From NCBI GenBank assembly GCA_963664225.1, contig OY760937.1:4352001-4416000 (forward strand): 64,000 nucleotides of DNA, written 5' to 3'. Shown here in pieces: positions 10,770 to 20,900 of the stretch; the first letter of the stretch is position 1, and each line of letters opens with the position of its first letter. Origin of the DNA: Verrucomicrobiia bacterium. Lineage in GTDB: Bacteria > Verrucomicrobiota > Verrucomicrobiia > Limisphaerales > UBA1319. The notes under the pieces are model-generated. The model ran no database searches. It saw only the letters and a list, made by a program, of their open reading frames with translations, and was not told the origin of the DNA. The position numbers were made by a program, and so were the translations under genes.

Positions 10770-12179
10770 ATGAAACTTAATCGCATACCATGGGTCACCT
10801 TATTGGCGACCGCGCCGGCTTTGACCTTGAGCGCAGTGGCGCAAAGCTCGCCGGACACAATCGAAGCATTGCAACAACAAATCCAGGAACTTGATCAAAA
10901 AGTGCGGGTGCTGGAGCGAAAACGTGAAATCGATCAGGATACCTCCACGGAAAAGGCGAAAACCACACCCGTGATTTCGGCCGGAGCCAACGGATTCTCA
11001 CTGCGCAGTGCCGACACGAATTTTGTTTTGAAAATTCGCGGATACATCCAGGCCGATGCGCGGTTCTATCCCAATGACAACAGGGGCGGCACCAGCAATG
11101 ACTCCTTCCTGATGCGCCGGGTGCGTCCCATCATCGAGGGCACGGTTTACGACAAGTATGATTATCGGGTGATGATGGATTTTGGAACGGGCATCACAAG
11201 CGCCACCGGCAACAATGGATTTCTTCAGGACGCATACGTGAACGCGCGTTTTCTGCCGGAGTTGCAATTGCAGGTCGGCAAGTTCAAGGAACCGGTCGGT
11301 CTGGAGCGACTCCAGTCCGGTGCCAACCTGCTCTTTGTGGAGCGGGCCTATCCCACTCAATTGGTGCCCAACCGGGATGTTGGTGTGCAATTGCAGGGCG
11401 ATATCTCCGACGGAGTGTTGAACTATGCGGCAGGCGTGTTCAACGGCGTCAACGATGGCGGCAGCGATGACATTGAGACCGCAGACGACGAGAAGGATCT
11501 GGCTGCGCGAATCTTTGTCCATCCATTTAAAACGACTTCCTTTGAGCCACTGCAGAAGCTGGGAATTGGCGTTGCCGGCACCTATGGGAACCAGGAGGGC
11601 GCGCTGCGCACTTTTGTAAGCCCAGGCCAGCAGCGCATCTTCGGTTATCGTTCCGGCGCAGGAACAGCAGCAGCACCCAATGTGGTGGCGGATGGCAACC
11701 ATTGGCGGTTGGTGCCCCAGTTCTATTACTACTGGAAATCGCTGGGAGTCTATGGCGAATACGCCATCAGCGAGCAGAAGCTCAGCCGCAACGCGGGAGG
11801 GGCGCCGGTATTTGGAACCATTAATAATCAAGCCTGGGCCTTATCCGCCTCCTACATCCTGACGGGTGAGGAAAACTCCTTCAAACCGCTCGTGCCAAAA
11901 CATCCATTCAGCATCAACGGTGGAGGGTGGGGCGCATGGGAAGTTGCGGCGCAGATCAGCCAGTTGAAGGTGGATGACGGGGCTTTCCCGTTATTTGCGG
12001 ATCGTTCCACATCAGCCTCGAAGGCCACGTCCTGGGGACTCGGACTGAATTGGTATCTCAACAAAAACGTAAAATTCAATCTGGACTACGAGCAAACCGA
12101 TTTCGAGGACGGGCAGAACACGCCTCTGACGGCGAAAGGGGAGCAAGCCATTCTGGGCCGAGTGCAATTATCGTTCTAA
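10770..12179 (+). CDS. OprO/OprP-family anion-selective porin
   Basis: Signal peptide plus coiled coil, 'RRVRPIIEG', 'GKFKEPVGLERLQS', 'GLNWYLN', terminal Phe. Confidence 0.85.
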   Translation: MKLNRIPWVTLLATAPALTLSAVAQSSPDTIEALQQQIQELDQKVRVLERKREIDQDTSTEKAKTTPVISAGANGFSLRSADTNFVLKIRGYIQADARFYPNDNRGGTSNDSFLMRRVRPIIEGTVYDKYDYRVMMDFGTGITSATGNNGFLQDAYVNARFLPELQLQVGKFKEPVGLERLQSGANLLFVERAYPTQLVPNRDVGVQLQGDISDGVLNYAAGVFNGVNDGGSDDIETADDEKDLAARIFVHPFKTTSFEPLQKLGIGVAGTYGNQEGALRTFVSPGQQRIFGYRSGAGTAAAPNVVADGNHWRLVPQFYYYWKSLGVYGEYAISEQKLSRNAGGAPVFGTINNQAWALSASYILTGEENSFKPLVPKHPFSINGGGWGAWEVAAQISQLKVDDGAFPLFADRSTSASKATSWGLGLNWYLNKNVKFNLDYEQTDFEDGQNTPLTAKGEQAILGRVQLSF

Positions 12180-12206
12180 ACCACAAACATCAAAAAATAT
12201 CTGAAT

Positions 12207-13217
12207 ATGAAATCCTTCAAAATATCCACGTTAATAGCCGTATTCGCGCTTCTTTGGAGTGTCGCGATTCAAACCGTTGCCAAAGACATCGCCCTATTGA
12301 ATGTTTCGTATGATCCCACCCGGGAATTCTATCAGGACTACAACATGGCATTTGCGGCCTACTACAAACAAAAGACCGGTCAGAATGTGGTCATCAGCCA
12401 GTCCCATGGCGGCTCAGGCAAGCAGGCTCGCGCTGTGATTGATGGTCTCGACGCCGATGTGGTCACGCTGGCACTCGCCTATGATGTGGATGCCATTGCG
12501 GAAAAGGCGGGCATTCTTCCCAAGGATTGGCAGAAGCGTCTTCCCAACAACAGCGCGCCGTATACCTCGACCATTGTGTTCCTGGTGCGCAAGGGCAATC
12601 CCAAGGGGATCAAGGATTGGGACGATCTGGCCAAACCCGGTGTGTCGGTCATCACGCCCAATCCAAAAACTTCCGGCGGCGCGCGATGGAATTATCTCGG
12701 GGCATGGGGTTATGCCCTGGGCAAGTATGGCAATGACGAGGCAAAAGCGCGTGACTTTGTGACGCGCGTATTCAAGAACGTGCCGGTTCTCGACTCCGGC
12801 GCGCGAGGATCCACGACCACGTTTACGGAGCGCGGCATAGGCGATGTGCTGGTGAACTGGGAAAACGAAGCGTATCTGGTGACCAAGGCGGAAGGTGGCG
12901 ACAAGTTTGAAATTGTCACCCCTTCCGTCAGTATCCTGGCCGAGCCTTCAGTGAGCGTAGTGGACAAGGTAGCCAAGCGAAAGGGTACGTTCGAAGCCGC
13001 CCAAGCTTACCTGGAATACCTTTATTCACCGGAAGGTCAGGCCATTGCGGTCAAACATTATTATCGGCCGCGCTCCGAAGAAGCCGCGGCAACCGCGCAG
13101 TTTACGCAATTGAAACTCATTACCATCGATGAAGTCTTCGGCGGCTGGCAGAAAGCCCAGAAAACACACTTCAGCGATGGTGGCGTGTTCGATCAGATCT
13201 ATCTGCCCACCAAGTAA
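12207..13217 (+). CDS. sbp: Sulfate ABC transporter substrate-binding protein
   Basis: '[11 protein letters not shown]', '[13 protein letters not shown]', '[13 protein letters not shown]'. Confidence 0.95.
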   Translation: MKSFKISTLIAVFALLWSVAIQTVAKDIALLNVSYDPTREFYQDYNMAFAAYYKQKTGQNVVISQSHGGSGKQARAVIDGLDADVVTLALAYDVDAIAEKAGILPKDWQKRLPNNSAPYTSTIVFLVRKGNPKGIKDWDDLAKPGVSVITPNPKTSGGARWNYLGAWGYALGKYGNDEAKARDFVTRVFKNVPVLDSGARGSTTTFTERGIGDVLVNWENEAYLVTKAEGGDKFEIVTPSVSILAEPSVSVVDKVAKRKGTFEAAQAYLEYLYSPEGQAIAVKHYYRPRSEEAAATAQFTQLKLITIDEVFGGWQKAQKTHFSDGGVFDQIYLPTK

Positions 13218-13228
13218 CTTAATTCCTT

Positions 13229-14047
13229 GTGACAACGATATCGCTTACACCCGAAGCCCCGGCTGCTCTCAACAAGCGGTCTGTGGCCGACCTGCTGGCT
13301 CCATTGGACGAAATGGTCCGTCGCACCTCCGTCCAGGTGGACACGAAGACGGGCTTTTTCGAAGACGATGGCCAGACGTGTGTTGTGCCGCGGTATCGTT
13401 TCACGGGTCCCACGGGTGGCCTCGAACATCTGAAGGTTGGCATTTTCGCAGGCATTCACGGTGATGAACCGGAAAGCATTCAGGGCTTGATCCAATTTGC
13501 GCGTCTGCTGGAGCAAAGGCCGGATCTGGCCAAGGGCTATACGTTGTTTCTGTATCCAGTCTGCAATCCCACCGGTTACGAGGATGGCACACGGGAATCG
13601 CGCCGGGGCGTGGATCTCAATCGGGAATTCTGGAAAAACTCATTCGAACCTGAGGTGCAGTTCCTGGAAACGGAACTCCTGTCGAATGGTTTCAATGGGT
13701 TGATTGCCTTGCACGGCGATCGCGATAGCCAGGGCGTTTATGGTTATGCGAGCGGTTCCATATTGAACCAAAACCTGTTGGAACCCGCACTCACTGCCGC
13801 TGAGAAAATCATTCCCCGGGATCTTTCACCCGTGATCGATGGATTTCCCGCGCGCAACGGTATTTTGCGAAAGGGATTTGACGGCATCCTGCGCGCCCCA
13901 AGTCGCCTGCGTCCGCGTCCGTTTGAGATCATCTTCGAGGCGCCTCAAGCCGCGTCGCATTACGCTCAGGTCTCCGTGTTTGCCGTCGCCTTGCGCGCCA
14001 TTCTTGTGGAGTACCAGAAGTTCCTTTCCTACGCGGCGAACATCTAA
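13229..14047 (+). CDS. M14-family Zn metallocarboxypeptidase / desuccinylase-like hydrolase
   Basis: 'GIHGDE', 'PVCNPTG', 'DLNR', 'ALH' motifs; its TAA overlaps the cysT ATG. Confidence 0.8.
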   Translation: MTTISLTPEAPAALNKRSVADLLAPLDEMVRRTSVQVDTKTGFFEDDGQTCVVPRYRFTGPTGGLEHLKVGIFAGIHGDEPESIQGLIQFARLLEQRPDLAKGYTLFLYPVCNPTGYEDGTRESRRGVDLNREFWKNSFEPEVQFLETELLSNGFNGLIALHGDRDSQGVYGYASGSILNQNLLEPALTAAEKIIPRDLSPVIDGFPARNGILRKGFDGILRAPSRLRPRPFEIIFEAPQAASHYAQVSVFAVALRAILVEYQKFLSYAANI

Positions 14048-14886
14048 TGCGCATACATCGCTTGAAACAAAACAACGTCCTGCCGGGCTTCGGATTGACG
14101 CTGGGTTATACGTTGCTCTATCTCTCGATCATCGTGCTCATCCCATTGTCGGCGGCCTTTCTCAAAACCGCCACGATTGGATGGGCCGAGTTCTGGCACA
14201 CAATCTCCGCACCGCGGGTGGTGGCCTCCTACCGCCTGACATTCACGGTCTCATTTCTGGCCGCGCTGGCGAACATGGGGTTCGGTCTCTTGGTGGCTTG
14301 GGTGCTGGTGCGATACCGGTTTCCCGGGCGCAAACTGTTGGACGCCGTGGTGGATTTGCCTTTTGCGCTCCCTACCGCAGTGGCCGGCATCGCGTTGACG
14401 TCCATCTACGCCAAAGAGGGCCTTGCGGGGCGCTGGCTGGAACCGCTCGGAATCCGGGTGGCGTTCACGCCACTGGGCATCTGGGTGGCGCTGACGTTCA
14501 TAGGACTTCCCTTTGTGGTGCGCACGGTACAGCCGGTCCTCGAGGATTTGGACAAGGAATTGGAGGAAGCCGCCGCAAGTCTGGGAGCCTCGCGTGGTCA
14601 GACCATTCGCCGCGTGATTCTCCCCATGATATGGCCCTCGCTGCTCACGGGCTTTTCGCTCGCCTTTGCCCGTGCGCTCGGCGAATACGGCTCGGTGGTG
14701 TTTATCTCGGGTAACATGCCCATGCGCACGGAAATTACGCCGCTGCTCATCATCACAAAACTCGAGCAATACGATTACACCGGGGCCACGTCCATCGCGG
14801 TGGTCATGCTGGTTGTCTCTTTCGTGTTGCTGCTCTCCATCAATGGCCTGCAGGCGTGGAGCCTGCGCAAACAATCCCTTTCCTGA
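14047..14886 (+). CDS. cysT: Sulfate ABC transporter permease CysT
   Basis: '[12 protein letters not shown]', EAA loop, '[12 protein letters not shown]'. Confidence 0.95.
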   Translation: MRIHRLKQNNVLPGFGLTLGYTLLYLSIIVLIPLSAAFLKTATIGWAEFWHTISAPRVVASYRLTFTVSFLAALANMGFGLLVAWVLVRYRFPGRKLLDAVVDLPFALPTAVAGIALTSIYAKEGLAGRWLEPLGIRVAFTPLGIWVALTFIGLPFVVRTVQPVLEDLDKELEEAAASLGASRGQTIRRVILPMIWPSLLTGFSLAFARALGEYGSVVFISGNMPMRTEITPLLIITKLEQYDYTGATSIAVVMLVVSFVLLLSINGLQAWSLRKQSLS

Positions 14887-14897
14887 ACTCTTGTACC

Positions 14898-15785
14898 ATG
14901 TCTGCAATTCAATCCGCCGCCGCACGCGAACAATCCCCGCCGCCCATTCAGGAATCGGGGTGGATGCGTGTGCTTCTAATATTGACCGCAATTTTCGTCA
15001 TGGGCGCATTTTTATTGCTACCGCTCTTCGCCGTTTTCGCGCAGGCGCTGGGTAAGGGATTGAGCGCCTATTTCAAGGCGATTACCGAACCTGCCGCATG
15101 GGCCGCTATCCGGCTTACCTTGATCACCGCGCTCGTTGCCGTGCCCCTCAACACGGTTTTCGGAGTCGCCGCCGCCTGGGCCATCGCCAAGTTTCAATTT
15201 TTCGGACGGAACTTTTTGATCACCCTGATCGATCTGCCCTTTTCCGTTTCGCCGGTGGTCTCGGGATTGATCTACGTGCTGGTCTTTGGACGCCAGGGCT
15301 GGATGGGATCCTGGCTGGATGATCACAACATCAAAATCATTTTCGCGCTGCCGGGCATCGTGCTGGCGACCACCTTTGTCACGTTCCCGTTTGTGGCGCG
15401 CGAATTGATTCCCCTCATGCAGAGCCAGGGGCGGGACGAGGAGGAGGCGGCGCTGGTGCTGGGCGCGGGCGGTTGGAAAACCTTCTGGCGCGTGACACTG
15501 CCCAATATCAAGTGGGGGCTTCTCTATGGAGTCATTTTGTGCAACGCCCGCGCGATGGGCGAATTCGGTGCGGTATCTGTGGTTTCCGGCCATGTGCGCG
15601 GGCTGACCAATACCATGCCGCTGCACATCGAGATTCTTTACAACGAATATCAATTCACCGCAGCCTTTGCGGTGGCGTCGCTGCTGACCCTGTTGGCGCT
15701 GGTGACTCTGGTCTTAAAAACTTTCGTCGAAGCCAAGGCTCGCAGGGAGCATTCCAACACACCAGCGCACGGCGCATCCGTATGA
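14898..15785 (+). CDS. cysW: Sulfate ABC transporter permease CysW
   Basis: '[12 protein letters not shown]', '[15 protein letters not shown]'. Confidence 0.95.
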   Translation: MSAIQSAAAREQSPPPIQESGWMRVLLILTAIFVMGAFLLLPLFAVFAQALGKGLSAYFKAITEPAAWAAIRLTLITALVAVPLNTVFGVAAAWAIAKFQFFGRNFLITLIDLPFSVSPVVSGLIYVLVFGRQGWMGSWLDDHNIKIIFALPGIVLATTFVTFPFVARELIPLMQSQGRDEEEAALVLGAGGWKTFWRVTLPNIKWGLLYGVILCNARAMGEFGAVSVVSGHVRGLTNTMPLHIEILYNEYQFTAAFAVASLLTLLALVTLVLKTFVEAKARREHSNTPAHGASV

Positions 15786-16858
15786 GCATCAAAGTCGAAA
15801 GCATTTCAAAAACATTTGGCGCCTATCAGGCGTTGAACCGGGTGAGCCTGGAGGTCCAGACCGGTGAGTTGGTGGCCTTGCTCGGGCCGTCCGGTTCCGG
15901 CAAGACCACGTTATTGCGCATCATCGCCGGGCTGGAATTCGCGGATCGGGATTCCGGCCATATTGAGATCGAAGGACGCGAGGTGACGGCCTGGCACGCG
16001 CGGGATCGCCAGATCGGCTTTGTCTTTCAACATTACGCGCTGTTCCGTCATCTGACGGTGTTTGAGAATATCGCCTTTGGTTTGCGGGTGCGCCCGCGTG
16101 CGCAGCGGCCCTCCGAGGAGGCGATTCAAAAGAAGGTCGCCGAGTTGCTCAAATTGGTGCAAATCGCGGAATTGGCCCAGCGGTTTCCATCCCAGCTTTC
16201 CGGCGGACAACGTCAGCGTGTGGCTCTGGCGCGATCCCTGGCTGTGGAGCCGCGAGTGCTTTTGCTCGACGAACCCTTTGGCGCATTGGACGCCAAGGTG
16301 CGCAAGGATTTGCGCCGGTGGCTGCGCCGCCTGCATGATGAAATTCATGTCACCAGCCTGTTTGTCACGCATGACCAGGATGAGGCGCTCGAGGTGGCGG
16401 ACCGCGTGGTGGTGATGAACAAGGGACACATCGAGCAAATCGGCACTCCAGCCGAAGTCTATGATCGCCCGGCCAATCCCTTTGTGTATGACTTTCTAGG
16501 CAATGTGAATCTCTTCCGGGGCCGGGTGGAGTCCGGCCGTGTGCATATCGGCCGCGCCGAATACGCCATGCCGGAGCATGAAGCGTCCAAGGACGCACCC
16601 GCCATTGCCTATGTGCGCCCGCACGACATTAAAATCCATCGGCAGATTGCAGGACCGGATTTCATTCCTGCATCAATCAAGTTGATCAATCCAATGGGAT
16701 CCGTCGTGCGCCTTCAACTCGATGCATTGGATGAATCGGGCGCGTTTGAAGTGGAACTGACCCGCGAGGAATGGACGCTCCACAAATACCTGGTGGGCGA
16801 AAACGTCTTCGTGGAATTACGCAATCTTCGTGTCTTTGCGGAGGATTATTCGATTTAG
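15782..16858 (+). CDS. cysA: Sulfate ABC transporter ATP-binding protein CysA
   Basis: Walker [15 protein letters not shown], 'FQHYALFRH', TOBE-like tail; ATGA overlap with cysW. Confidence 0.95.
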   Translation: MSIKVESISKTFGAYQALNRVSLEVQTGELVALLGPSGSGKTTLLRIIAGLEFADRDSGHIEIEGREVTAWHARDRQIGFVFQHYALFRHLTVFENIAFGLRVRPRAQRPSEEAIQKKVAELLKLVQIAELAQRFPSQLSGGQRQRVALARSLAVEPRVLLLDEPFGALDAKVRKDLRRWLRRLHDEIHVTSLFVTHDQDEALEVADRVVVMNKGHIEQIGTPAEVYDRPANPFVYDFLGNVNLFRGRVESGRVHIGRAEYAMPEHEASKDAPAIAYVRPHDIKIHRQIAGPDFIPASIKLINPMGSVVRLQLDALDESGAFEVELTREEWTLHKYLVGENVFVELRNLRVFAEDYSI

Positions 16859-16947
16859 GCTGGAATCACAACCGTGAATTGTTGAAGGCGGCTCAAGATT
16901 AAATCTTGATTGCGGAGGTCGCACGTCGGTGCATTGGCGAGCTCTGG

Positions 16948-17346
16948 CTACACACGGCGGTTAAGGCTGTAAAATACATAGGGGGCAACGGCTATCCAGA
17001 GCAACAGGACAATCCATATGCGCCCTTTCAGGATATTATAGTTTCCGAGCAATTCAGTCCATGAATGGCCGCCAACATAGTGAAATACCAGGAATTCAAA
17101 AGCCATGGTCAGAGCCATCCAAAACAAGCCAATTGAGATCGCTTCATGGCCTGAGGATGGCGGATATAACCGCACAAATCCCCAGATGACGATACCCAGC
17201 AATAGACTCCCGATGACGGTGGAGAGTTGATGACCTGCAAGTTCACTGATCCGCTTCCCATAGGTGAAATCCCGTAAGGCGCCGTTTGCCACGGCGATTA
17301 CAAGCATCACAAACCACGCTGCCAAATAGCGCCAAATCATATCCAC
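16948..17346 (-). CDS. Small four-helix membrane protein
   Basis: Hydrophobic segments with 'NGALR' and 'FEF...YN...GRIW' pattern. Confidence 0.7.
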   Translation of the reverse strand: MDMIWRYLAAWFVMLVIAVANGALRDFTYGKRISELAGHQLSTVIGSLLLGIVIWGFVRLYPPSSGHEAISIGLFWMALTMAFEFLVFHYVGGHSWTELLGNYNILKGRIWIVLLLWIAVAPYVFYSLNRRV

Positions 17347-17721
17347 TCACCAGAAATTGTTTCGTTTTTTAGTAACGACCCGAACCTCCGATCGTTATAG
17401 GAGAAGAACCATATGTTTTAGAGCGTGATTGGATAATCCGGTCAAGAAGCAAGATGCCATGTTTTGCGTAGCGCTTTTATGCGGTTACTGTAGGACTCCG
17501 CATAATGGGGGGATTCCAGACCCGATTTTTAAACACACCGTTGGATTGATCGACTCGGTTGCGAGGCTCGATTCTTTGCCTTGGTCTTGATCGAGAACTT
17601 TTGGGACTGTTTTTACCTTACATAATTCCACAGGAACGCGTAGGATGGTGACCATGAATGATAATTTAATGGACCGGACGAATGCCGTCGCGCGCCAGGC
17701 CAAGTGGATGGACGGAATTCG

Positions 17722-18867
17722 ATGAATTCGGCGGTTTTTGAACTCGTATCGGGCGTCATTGAGCGGTCCAGCCGGGAGCAACCGTCGGATGCGGTGTTGC
17801 GGGCCAGTTTGCGCGAGGCTCAGGGATTGGAGCCGGAGGATTCCGCGGCGGTGTGCGAAGCGGTGAACGCCTACTTTCGATGGTTCGGTTGGCTGCGGCC
17901 GGAGGACCGGATGCGCCAGAAAATCCAGGAGGCGCTGGATTTGGACCACCGGTTTCATACGAATCGCAATGCATTTACCGATTTGGAATACCGGAAGCGG
18001 TGCGTCCCAGAATGGGTGACGGCAGAGTTGGACGTCACAACGGCTTGGGCGAAGTCCCTCCAGCGTGACACGCGGTTGTGGCTGCGGGCGAAACCGGGCC
18101 GGGCCCCCGTGTTGGCGGAGCTTTTGGGAGATTGCGCGGCCCCGGTATCGGTGTCCCGATTGGATGCTCTGGTGTATCTGGGAATGCGGGATTTATTTCA
18201 AACGTCGGAGTTTCATCGCGGCGAGTTTGAAATTCAGGACTTGAGTTCGCAATGCGTGGGCCTGATTTGCGATCCAACGCCTGGTTCCAAGTGGTGGGAT
18301 GCGTGCGCGGGCGAGGGGGGCAAGACCCTGCATTTGGGTGCGCTCATGCAGAACAAGGGATTGATTGTGGCCAGTGACCGTGCTGCCTGGCGTCTGGAAA
18401 AGCTCAAGCGGCGGACCGCCCGGGCGCAGATGTTCAATTATCGGGCGGCGCAGTGGAACGGCGGCGTGAAGTTGCCGTTCAAAACGCTTTTTGACGGGGT
18501 GCTGGTCGATGCTCCTTGCAGTGGCATCGGCACCTGGCAGCGGAATCCACAGGCCCGCTGGACGACCACCGCGCAGGATGTGGCGGAATTGGCTCAGTGC
18601 CAGTTCGATTTATTGAATCACGCGGCCCACGCGGTGAAACCGGGCGGGAAACTTGTTTATTCGGTTTGCACGCTCACGCGCAAAGAGACGGATATGGTGG
18701 CCGATGCACTGGAAAAAGCACATCCAGAACTTCAGCCTCTGGCTGTGGCTCATCCCTTGAAACCCAAGTCAACAGCAGCCCGGCACTGGTTTTGGCCTGA
18801 GGATCATGGCGCAAATGGCATGTTTGTCGCGGTCTGGAAGCGGGCGGCGGTTGCAGCAGCAACATGA
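17722..18867 (+). CDS. RsmB/NOL1/NOP2-family RNA m5C methyltransferase
   Basis: 'IQDLSSQ', 'DACAGEGGKT', 'DAPCSGIG', 'YSVCT'. Confidence 0.9.
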   Translation: MNSAVFELVSGVIERSSREQPSDAVLRASLREAQGLEPEDSAAVCEAVNAYFRWFGWLRPEDRMRQKIQEALDLDHRFHTNRNAFTDLEYRKRCVPEWVTAELDVTTAWAKSLQRDTRLWLRAKPGRAPVLAELLGDCAAPVSVSRLDALVYLGMRDLFQTSEFHRGEFEIQDLSSQCVGLICDPTPGSKWWDACAGEGGKTLHLGALMQNKGLIVASDRAAWRLEKLKRRTARAQMFNYRAAQWNGGVKLPFKTLFDGVLVDAPCSGIGTWQRNPQARWTTTAQDVAELAQCQFDLLNHAAHAVKPGGKLVYSVCTLTRKETDMVADALEKAHPELQPLAVAHPLKPKSTAARHWFWPEDHGANGMFVAVWKRAAVAAAT

Positions 18868-18965
18868 TTGCAGTGGTGTTGATTTAGCCCTTTCGAGGGC
18901 ATGAAAAAGGGGTCTGTGGCAGACAGTCGTTCGCCACAGATCCCGTTGCATTTCAAAATCCAGCG

Positions 18966-20636
18966 TCAGCTCAGGAAAAAGATGACCAGAAGTTGGGCGC
19001 ACAGAACGCGCAGGAGCATGGTCAACGGATAGACCGTGGCATAGGAGATGGACGGTGCATCCGAGGCGGCGATGGTATTCGCAAAGGCCAGGGCCGGTGG
19101 ATCGGTCATGCTGCCGGCCAGCACGCCGCACAAGCTCATAAAATTGAGCTTATAGAAGGCGCGTGCCACCAGACCGACGATCAGCAGTGGAATGATGGTG
19201 ATCAGGGCCGCGCAACCCATCCAGTAAAAGCCAGGGCCTTGCAGGAGAGTGGCCACGAATTGATCGCCCGCCTTGAGTCCAACACAGGACAGGAACAACA
19301 CGATCCCCATCTCGCGCAGCATGAAATTCGCGCTCAAGGGCATGTAATAAATCAACGGCCCGATACGGCCGATGCGGCTCAGGATGATGGCGATGACCAG
19401 GGGACCACCGGCCAGGCCCAGTTTCACCGGCGCGGGCATCGAGCCCAGGTGAACCGGCCAACTGCCAAAGATCACGCCCAGCGCGATACCCACGAAAATA
19501 GGCAGAATCTGCGGGTGGTTCAATTGTTTGGGCGAGTTGCCCAGTTCCTTGGCTGCACGATCGATATCCTCGGATTCACCCACCAGCAGAAGGGTGTCGG
19601 CAAATTGAAGACGCAGGCTGGGTGTGGGTGTGAATTCGATTTCGGCGCGGCTCACGCGCGTGGCCGTGACCTCGAAACGGCCTTGGAGATCGAGTTCGTC
19701 AAACGAATGGCCGAGAATGTTCTTCTGTGTCACCAGAACACGACGTGTGGTGATATGGCTGGACAGGGATTTAATATCGACCTCCGCCACATGGCCGATG
19801 ATCATCTTGATGGCGTCGATATCGGCTTGGGCGCCGACCACATGCACGATGTCATTGCTGTGCAATATGGTGTCGGGTGAGGCCACATCCACTTGCTTGC
19901 CCTTAAGGACGCGCGAGATTACGACGCCCGATTCATCGATGCCTGGGATTTTTGAGATGGGCAGGCCGTTGAGGTTTTCGTTTGTGACCACCAGATTTGC
20001 AGTGGTGAGTTTGGATGCGGTGGTTTGCATCTGTTTGGCAAACTCGGAGGCTTCAGTGCCGGGCTGGATGCGGAAAAGGAGGCGCACCAAACCCATGGTC
20101 AGGATGATGCCCAGAATGCCAAAAGGATAGGCCACGGCGTAACCCAGACCCGGCATTTTTCCCATTTGCTCAGTGAAGTCGGGCAGGTTCTTTAGCGCCT
20201 GCTGGGCCGCACCCAACGCCGGGGTGTTTGTCGTGGCGCCCGCGAAGAGACCCACCGCCACGCTCATATCGATGTGTCCCAGCAGAACAATGCCTATGGT
20301 AACGGCCACGCCCAGCAGGACAATGGAGGCGGCCATCAGGTTGAGTGGCAACCCCTGCCTTCGCAATGAGGCCACAAATCCCGGACCCACCTGCATGCCG
20401 ATGGTGTAAACGAAAAGAATCAAACCGAATTCCCGGACAAACTCCAGGACGTGCGGATCCATGGTGTAGTGGAAATGTCCGAACAACAGGCCGGAGAACA
20501 GCACACCGGCAATGCCCAGGCTGATTCCATAAATGCGCAGACTGCCAAGGAACACGCCTGCCGCGGCCACCAAGCTTAGAATTAAAAGAGAATGAGCGAC
20601 TGTTTCGCCCTTTAACAGTTCCGTTAACCAATCCAT
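18966..20636 (-). CDS. YidE/YbjL (AspT-family) antiporter with two TrkA-C domains
   Basis: 'GATTNTPALG', 'GSMTDPPALA', duplicated membrane halves. Confidence 0.9.
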   Translation of the reverse strand: MDWLTELLKGETVAHSLLILSLVAAAGVFLGSLRIYGISLGIAGVLFSGLLFGHFHYTMDPHVLEFVREFGLILFVYTIGMQVGPGFVASLRRQGLPLNLMAASIVLLGVAVTIGIVLLGHIDMSVAVGLFAGATTNTPALGAAQQALKNLPDFTEQMGKMPGLGYAVAYPFGILGIILTMGLVRLLFRIQPGTEASEFAKQMQTTASKLTTANLVVTNENLNGLPISKIPGIDESGVVISRVLKGKQVDVASPDTILHSNDIVHVVGAQADIDAIKMIIGHVAEVDIKSLSSHITTRRVLVTQKNILGHSFDELDLQGRFEVTATRVSRAEIEFTPTPSLRLQFADTLLLVGESEDIDRAAKELGNSPKQLNHPQILPIFVGIALGVIFGSWPVHLGSMPAPVKLGLAGGPLVIAIILSRIGRIGPLIYYMPLSANFMLREMGIVLFLSCVGLKAGDQFVATLLQGPGFYWMGCAALITIIPLLIVGLVARAFYKLNFMSLCGVLAGSMTDPPALAFANTIAASDAPSISYATVYPLTMLLRVLCAQLLVIFFLS

Positions 20637-20900
20637 ACCACTCGTCCTTTTCGATTTATTATTATGTCTAATGTTTTATGAATAAAATCTATAAACATTT
20701 AGAACCGCTTATAAATGCGGTCGCAGACTATTAAGGTAAGCTACTGGGATTAGCAATCTTTTTCGATTTTTCGAACGAAAAAAAGTTCTGTTTCCAAGGT
20801 AAAATTAGAAAAACAAGGGGGCGTGTCATTGGCCCCCACTCGTATAAACCACTCGAAGTTTCTTGTGATCAGATTCTTACGTAACACTTATGAAAGCTCA

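Noticed and set aside
15473..15781. N-terminal extension of cysA in the ORF track
   Set aside because: It overlaps cysW; the ATG at 15782 gives a normal CysA with an ATGA overlap.
16893..16909. Palindrome TCAAGAT-TAA-ATCTTGA after cysA
   Set aside because: A single short AT-rich dyad between convergent genes; too little support to assign a function.
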